Positions 58,723 to 64,000 of a DNA stretch of 64,000 nucleotides are shown piece by piece (position 1 is the first letter of the stretch; the number at the start of each line of letters is the position of its first letter). The DNA comes from Chitinophagales bacterium (GTDB lineage: Bacteria; Bacteroidota; Bacteroidia; Chitinophagales; JADIYW01), in NCBI GenBank assembly GCA_035515235.1, contig DATJBS010000011.1:5288-69287 (forward strand), in the 5' to 3' direction. The translations under genes and the position numbers were made by a program. The notes beneath the pieces are model-generated. The model saw only the letters and a program-made list of their open reading frames with translations. It was not told the origin of the DNA and did not search any database.

Positions 58723-59404
58723 TAGGGTCTAGTAATTTTAGTGTTTGAATAGCTGCATTTTTCTCTGCAGTTTTTTTATTGATTCCTATACCTGTTCCGT
58801 ATAGCTTATCATCCATTTTTACTTGGATTTCAAATTTTGAAGGATTCTGAATATTAGGGTTTGAAAGAATGAATTCTAATTTTCTTCTTCTCCGTTGTGC
58901 CCATTCGTGCAATTCACTTTTAGGATCTAAAGATTTTTTAGAAGCTTTTTTAATTTCAGTTTCGTTGATGATCCATTTCAAAACTATTTTTTGGGCAGTT
59001 TCAAGTCCACCGTCTAAATAATATGCTCCAAGGATAGATTCTACTACATCACCACCTAAATCTTTAGCTTCATCAATTTTTTTATCATCAATCTTATGTC
59101 GAATATAATGTGTGAGATTCATTTGTTCTGCTATCAAATTCAAATGTGGTCTGCTCACTAAAAATGAACGCATTTTTGTTAATTCACCTTCATCTTTTAA
59201 AGGATATTTTTTAAACAAATATGCTGCTACAATAAGACTGAGAACTGCGTCTCCTAAAAATTCTAACTGCTCATAGTTAGCTTTAGAGTTTCCATCGTAA
59301 GAAGCATGAGTGAGTGCTGCTATAAAATATTTTTCTGAATCTTTAGGATAGATACCTATCAGATGATAAAATTCTTCTAATTCGTATGTTGACTGAGAAG
59401 GCAC
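58715..59404 (-). CDS. rnc: ribonuclease III
   Basis: 229 aa. YEQLEFLGDAVLSL signature and a C-terminal dsRBD. Confidence 0.95.
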   Translation of the reverse strand: MPSQSTYELEEFYHLIGIYPKDSEKYFIAALTHASYDGNSKANYEQLEFLGDAVLSLIVAAYLFKKYPLKDEGELTKMRSFLVSRPHLNLIAEQMNLTHYIRHKIDDKKIDEAKDLGGDVVESILGAYYLDGGLETAQKIVLKWIINETEIKKASKKSLDPKSELHEWAQRRRRKLEFILSNPNIQNPSKFEIQVKMDDKLYGTGIGINKKTAEKNAAIQTLKLLDPNG

Positions 59405-60657
59405 TATTCTGAATATTTTTTGAAAATGACGGAAGCATTATGTCCTCCAAATCCAAAAGTATTAGATAATGCATAATTCACTTCTTTTTTCTGTGCTTTA
59501 TTAAAAGTGAAATTGAGTTTTGCATCTAAATTTGCATCTATTTCAAAATGATTGATGGTAGGAGGAATAACATTGTTTTTTATTGCTCCTATACAAGCGA
59601 TAGCTTCTATAATTCCTGCAGCACCTAATAAATGACCGGTCATTGATTTAGTAGAACTGATGTTAAGTTGATATGCATGGTCACCAAAAACTTTCTGTAT
59701 AGCATTCACTTCTGCTAAATCTCCTAATGGGGTAGAAGTGCCATGAGTATTAATATAGTCAATATCTGAATATTGAATTTCAGCATCTCGCAATGCATCT
59801 AACATTACAGCTTGAGCACCTTCTCCATCTGGATGTGGAGCAGTAAGATGATAGGCATCTGCAGACATTCCGCCACCTATCAATTCCGCATAAATTTTAG
59901 CTCCTCTTTCTTGAGCGTGTTCTAGCGTTTCTAAAATCAGACAACCACCACCTTCGCCCATAACAAAACCATCTCTCTCGGAATCATAAGGCCTAGAAGC
60001 GCTTTTAGGGCCGTCATTTCTTTCTGATAGTGCTCTCAGCGCATTGAATCCGCCAATACTTACTTCGTTGACTGAAGCTTCTGATCCGCCACAAACAATT
60101 ATATTTGCCCGACCTAATCTTAAATAATTAAAAGCGTCTATCATGGCATTAGTAGACGAAGCACAAGCAGAAACGACACAGAAATTCATTCCTTTAAACC
60201 CGTGTCTCATTGAAATATGTCCTGAAGCAATATCGACAATCATTCTAGGAACAAAGAATGGACTGAACTTAGGAACTCTTCCATTTTCGGCATATTTAAT
60301 GACTTCATTTTGGAAGGTTTCAACTCCTCCAATTCCTGAAGACCAGATTACTCCAATTTTATTTCTATCTATAGAAGGATCTAAAATATTGGCATCTAAT
60401 ATAGCTTCTTCTGAAGCTGCCATGGCGTATTGAGAGAATAAGTCAAAACGTCTAATTTCTTTTTTATCTAATATATGTGAAACGTCAAAATCTTTGACTT
60501 CACAGGCAAATTTTGTTTTAAAGTGAGTTGTGTCAAATTTGGTAATCTTTTCAGCACCACTAATGCCTTCTTCTAAGCCTTTCCAAAAACTAGGAACATC
60601 ATTCCCAATAGGTGTAATAGCTCCAATTCCGGTAACAACAACTCTTTTTAAAATCAC
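59404..60657 (-). CDS. fabF: beta-ketoacyl-ACP synthase II
   Basis: 417 aa. VSACASS active-site Cys, HGTSTPLGD and GFGGHNASVIF. Confidence 0.95.
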   Translation of the reverse strand: MILKRVVVTGIGAITPIGNDVPSFWKGLEEGISGAEKITKFDTTHFKTKFACEVKDFDVSHILDKKEIRRFDLFSQYAMAASEEAILDANILDPSIDRNKIGVIWSSGIGGVETFQNEVIKYAENGRVPKFSPFFVPRMIVDIASGHISMRHGFKGMNFCVVSACASSTNAMIDAFNYLRLGRANIIVCGGSEASVNEVSIGGFNALRALSERNDGPKSASRPYDSERDGFVMGEGGGCLILETLEHAQERGAKIYAELIGGGMSADAYHLTAPHPDGEGAQAVMLDALRDAEIQYSDIDYINTHGTSTPLGDLAEVNAIQKVFGDHAYQLNISSTKSMTGHLLGAAGIIEAIACIGAIKNNVIPPTINHFEIDANLDAKLNFTFNKAQKKEVNYALSNTFGFGGHNASVIFKKYSE

Positions 60658-60666
60658 ATGTATGAA

Positions 60667-60906
60667 TTAAGATGGAACATTAGCTTCTAGGAAAGTAATC
60701 GCCTCACCTACTGTAGTGATGTTTTCAGCTTGCTCATCAGGGATGCTAATCTTAAATTCATTTTCAAATTCCATGATTAATTCTACCGTATCTAATGAGT
60801 CAGCGCCTAAATCATTGATGAAACTTGCATCATTGGTCACTTGCTCATCTTCTACGTTGAGTCTCTCAATGATAATATTTTTAACTCGCTCAGCGATTAT
60901 AGACAT
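60667..60906 (-). CDS. acpP: acyl carrier protein
   Basis: 79 aa. [16 protein letters not shown] phosphopantetheine site. Confidence 0.95.
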   Translation of the reverse strand: MSIIAERVKNIIIERLNVEDEQVTNDASFINDLGADSLDTVELIMEFENEFKISIPDEQAENITTVGEAITFLEANVPS

Positions 60907-61042
60907 GTTTTGATAATTTTATAATAATAATAATTGTTGCAAAGTTAAACGAATTTAGAAGGATGACACAATATTTATTAAGTATTTTTAGGCAATATTT
61001 CGAATTTTAAAAAGACGTGAATATCCACTAGTTTTAGCTGAA

Positions 61043-61510
61043 ATGGCCGCAAAAAACATTATAAGAGAAAAGGAAGCTTTTTATAAAAACTATAAAATTT
61101 TAGGTTTAGTGACTCAAGTTTCTTTACATAGATTGGCTTGGTTACTAAATCATGAATTTGATTGGGATTTAGTTAGAGAAGGTGAACTTATAATAAAAGA
61201 TAATTGTAGTATTTTAGTCAAAATTGATGACGAATTAAAAGAAAATGAACAATTACCTCAATTTCCTATTCAATCTTATTACGAAGAAGGAGATAGATAT
61301 CAAGTAGATCTAATTGATAATAAAAATGGATCTAGTGCTTTTCTTCCAGAATTAAAGCAGTTTGACTATATTCTTTTACTTCACGGTGAATTTGATTATT
61401 TACCTCAAGATTTGATAGCAAGAATGAATAGGTTTGATCATATTCAGATTGTGGCAAATATTGAACATATTAAAATTAAAAATAAAAACTTATTACAGAG
61501 TTACAGATAA
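61043..61510 (+). CDS. IPExxxVDY-family protein
   Basis: 155 aa. LPELKQFDYILLLHG matches the family-defining motif as I recall it. Confidence 0.5.
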   Translation: MAAKNIIREKEAFYKNYKILGLVTQVSLHRLAWLLNHEFDWDLVREGELIIKDNCSILVKIDDELKENEQLPQFPIQSYYEEGDRYQVDLIDNKNGSSAFLPELKQFDYILLLHGEFDYLPQDLIARMNRFDHIQIVANIEHIKIKNKNLLQSYR

Positions 61511-62937
61511 TGAATATACATCGAAAGACAAAAATTATAGCGACCATTGGTCCTGCGACAAATAGTATCGAACAACTAGAAAAATTATACTTAGCAGGAG
61601 TCAATGCTTTTAGAATGAACTTCTCTCATGGTTCTCACGAAGACCATTTGAAAGTGATACAATTCACAGAAGAATTGAACCAAAAACATCAAGCTCATAT
61701 TAGTTTATTGGCAGATTTGCAAGGTCCAAAACTTAGAGTAGGAGAAATAGAAAACAACTCTATCTTTTTAGAAGATGGACAATTGATTAATGTTGTGAAT
61801 CAGCCAGTTGTAGGTACTGCTAAAGAAATAAGTGTGACTTATGAAGCACTGCCTCAAGACGTAAAAGTTGGTGAATTAATACTTATAGATGATGGCAAGC
61901 TTTCTCTAATTGTAGAAAGTACTAATCAAAAAGATTTAGTGGTTTGTAGAGTATTAGAAGGTGGAGTATTAAGTTCCAAAAAAGGATTTAACCTTCCTAG
62001 CACTGTGACTACTGTACCAAGTCTAACAGAAAAAGATAGAAGAGATTTAGATTTTATTCTTCAACATCCTATCAATTGGATAGCCTTATCTTTTGTTAGA
62101 GAAGCTAAAGAAGTAGTAGAACTTAAAGAAATCATCAAATCCCATAATGGTCTATTAAGGGTAATGGCCAAAATTGAAAAACCTGAAGCTATTGCAAATA
62201 TTGACGCTATTATCGATGCATCTGATGCAGTGATGGTAGCTCGTGGGGATTTGGGAGTGGAAGTTCCTATGGAGGAAATGGCTATTGTTCAGAAAAGAAT
62301 CGTAAGAAAATGTATTGAGCAAGCTAAACCTGTAGTCATCGCTACTCAAGTGATGGAATCGATGCTTGAAATGTCTAGACCTACTCGTGCAGAAATTACT
62401 GATGTATCTAATTCAGTTTTAGATGGAGCAGATGTAATTATGCTTTCTGGAGAAACTTCGGTGGGTAAATTTCCTATTAAAGTCATAGAAACGATAGACA
62501 AAATTATACGTAGAGTTGAACAAGAACCTATCATTTATAATAGAGAACACTTTGCAAAGAAAGCATCTCTGACATTTTATTCAGATGCTATTTGTTATAA
62601 TGCATGTAGAATTGCAAACGATGTCAATGCGAAATGTATCAATGCAATGACTTACTCTGGATATACAGGATTTATGTTGGCGAGTTATAGACCGAAAGCA
62701 GATATCTATGTGTTTACAAGCAATAAATTTTTATTGAATACTCTCAGTATCGTTTGGGGAACTCAATGTTTCTACTACGATAGTTTTGAAAGTACGGATG
62801 AAAGTATTGAAGACGTTATAGAACTATTGAAGAAAAAGGAAATAGTGGTCAGCGGAGATATGGTGGTCAATACAGGCAGTATGCCGATTCGTGGAAGAGG
62901 TAGAACCAATATGATTAAATTGACACAAGTCAAATAA
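61510..62937 (+). CDS. pyk: pyruvate kinase
   Basis: 475 aa. KIIATIGPA, RMNFSHG and MVARGDLGVE. Confidence 0.95.
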   Translation: MNIHRKTKIIATIGPATNSIEQLEKLYLAGVNAFRMNFSHGSHEDHLKVIQFTEELNQKHQAHISLLADLQGPKLRVGEIENNSIFLEDGQLINVVNQPVVGTAKEISVTYEALPQDVKVGELILIDDGKLSLIVESTNQKDLVVCRVLEGGVLSSKKGFNLPSTVTTVPSLTEKDRRDLDFILQHPINWIALSFVREAKEVVELKEIIKSHNGLLRVMAKIEKPEAIANIDAIIDASDAVMVARGDLGVEVPMEEMAIVQKRIVRKCIEQAKPVVIATQVMESMLEMSRPTRAEITDVSNSVLDGADVIMLSGETSVGKFPIKVIETIDKIIRRVEQEPIIYNREHFAKKASLTFYSDAICYNACRIANDVNAKCINAMTYSGYTGFMLASYRPKADIYVFTSNKFLLNTLSIVWGTQCFYYDSFESTDESIEDVIELLKKKEIVVSGDMVVNTGSMPIRGRGRTNMIKLTQVK

Positions 62938-63566
62938 TGAAAACAATAGTTTATCCTACTGAATATCCTAAAGCGCTTCCAATAATGGAGCAGTTTTATA
63001 CCATTCAAGGAGAAGGAAGATATGCTGGACATGCTGCATATTTTATTCGAGTAGCTGGATGTGATGTAGGATGCGTTTGGTGTGATGTCAAAGAAAGCTG
63101 GGAAGTGGAACCTTCTCAGTGGGTAGATGTAAATGAAATTGTACGTCAAGCATTAGAATATCCATGTAGATTAGTAGTGCTTACCGGTGGTGAGCCTGCT
63201 ATGTATGACTTGAGCGAATTGACTGCACTATTAAAAAGCAATGGATTTAGAATACATATTGAAACATCAGGAGCATATCCATTATCTGGAGATTTAGATT
63301 GGATTACGGTTTCACCTAAGAAATTTAAAGCTCCATTACAAGAAGTAATAGCGGTCGCGCATGAATTAAAAGTGGTAGTATTTAACTCATCAGATTTTAA
63401 ATGGGCAGAGCAGAATGCGCTACATACTAATGACGATTGCAAACTTTACTTACAAACAGAATGGAATAAAAAAGACCTGTTCAATGATTTGTTAATTAAT
63501 TATATTAAAGCTCATCCGGAATGGTCTTTGTCTGTACAAACACACAAGTACTTGGATATTCCATAG
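62937..63566 (+). CDS. queE: 7-carboxy-7-deazaguanine synthase (radical SAM)
   Basis: 209 aa. FIRVAGCDVGCVWCD cluster motif. TAATG overlap with pyk. Confidence 0.85.
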   Translation: MKTIVYPTEYPKALPIMEQFYTIQGEGRYAGHAAYFIRVAGCDVGCVWCDVKESWEVEPSQWVDVNEIVRQALEYPCRLVVLTGGEPAMYDLSELTALLKSNGFRIHIETSGAYPLSGDLDWITVSPKKFKAPLQEVIAVAHELKVVVFNSSDFKWAEQNALHTNDDCKLYLQTEWNKKDLFNDLLINYIKAHPEWSLSVQTHKYLDIP

Positions 63567-63590
63567 CTTAACCTCTCATAAATTGATTCT

Positions 63591-64000
63591 ATGATCAAGT
63601 GGTGTATTGTATTTTTTATTTTCCTTTCAATAGGCAATTTAAATGCTCAAACTACTTCGCTTTCTAAAAAGAGCGAAAAAGAATGGTCTGTAATTAGAAC
63701 TCAATTAGGACTGAGAAAATATGAAGCTACTCTAAGTGAACTAGAACTTTTTGTTGAGAAAAACCCTGAATATTTAATAGCTAGAAAGTTTTTAGCTGAA
63801 TCATATTTGTATACTTTTAGAAATCAAGAAGCCGCAGATTTTATTCAAAAAACAATTCAGAAATTTCAATTAAATGACGCTGATTGGTGGGCGATGCAAG
63901 CTGAATCTTATCAGCAATTAAAGAAGTACCCCGAAGCTATAGCAGCACTTCATCAACTCATAAAAGTACCTTTCTTAGGATTGCCCTATCAAAACGTAGT
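63591..64000 (+). CDS. TPR-repeat protein, N-terminal part (runs off window end)
   Basis: Own translation from the ATG at 63591 gives MIKWCIVFFIFLSIGNLNAQ (signal peptide) followed by TPR-like helices (...YLIARKFLAESYLY..., ...AMQAESYQQLKKYPEAIAAL). Confidence 0.6.
   Translation, partial: MIKWCIVFFIFLSIGNLNAQTTSLSKKSEKEWSVIRTQLGLRKYEATLSELELFVEKNPEYLIARKFLAESYLYTFRNQEAADFIQKTIQKFQLNDADWWAMQAESYQQLKKYPEAIAALHQLIKVPFLGLPYQNV

Noticed and set aside
1-64000. Search for an integron integrase, other tyrosine/serine recombinase or transposase to go with the cassette arrays
   Set aside because: No ORF in the six-frame track shows recombinase or transposase motifs. The only gene divergent from array 1 is an HTH-ImmA/IrrE peptidase. 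The arrays are therefore reported as integrase-less within this window, not as complete integrons.

Overview
AT-rich chromosomal segment that looks Bacteroidota-like. The taxonomic call is an inference from two proteins with T9SS C-terminal sorting tails, a TonB-dependent receptor with a CarboxypepD_reg-like N-terminus, and a TAnnTTTG -7 promoter box. Core blocks: (i) 1-10.5 kb holds a minus-strand pentose-phosphate/phosphoketolase supercluster (gnd, tal-pgi fusion, tkt, class I aldolase, rpiB, xfp), followed by HAD and DHFR-family genes. (ii) 26.5-32.5 kb and 37-64 kb hold ordinary housekeeping and envelope genes: ferritin, a TonB receptor, an OmpA-family protein, MFS, azurin, ccmBCD, gdh, acpP-fabF-rnc, pyk, queE and a giant CotH/T9SS protein. 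The main result concerns the accessory regions at 10.8-21.8 kb and 33.1-36.8 kb, and possibly 24.6-26.5 kb. They are built like integron gene-cassette arrays. Small ORFs, almost all on the minus strand, each end 0-10 nt before an 85-200 bp imperfect palindrome of one related family. Reading the minus strand, each element has an ...AAC box next to the stop codon and a GTT... box at the far end. The GTT box that opens a cassette is the exact reverse complement (6-10 nt) of the AAC box that closes the same cassette, not of its own partner box. This is the register shift expected from attC-type G|TT recombination. No integrase or transposase is present in the window. The cassette cargo looks like compact stress or anti-phage modules: three HEPN-type proteins (one split by an in-frame stop), a single-HKD PLD-family nuclease, and a metzincin lipoprotein paired with a gasdermin-like protein. 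Other cargo is an ECF sigma/membrane pair, a 2H phosphoesterase, an inverted HTH-ImmA/IrrE pair, an AAA-ATPase + RloB (AbiL-like) pair, and a GNAT/DUF1778 toxin-antitoxin. All functional calls come from motif recognition by eye; no searches were run.
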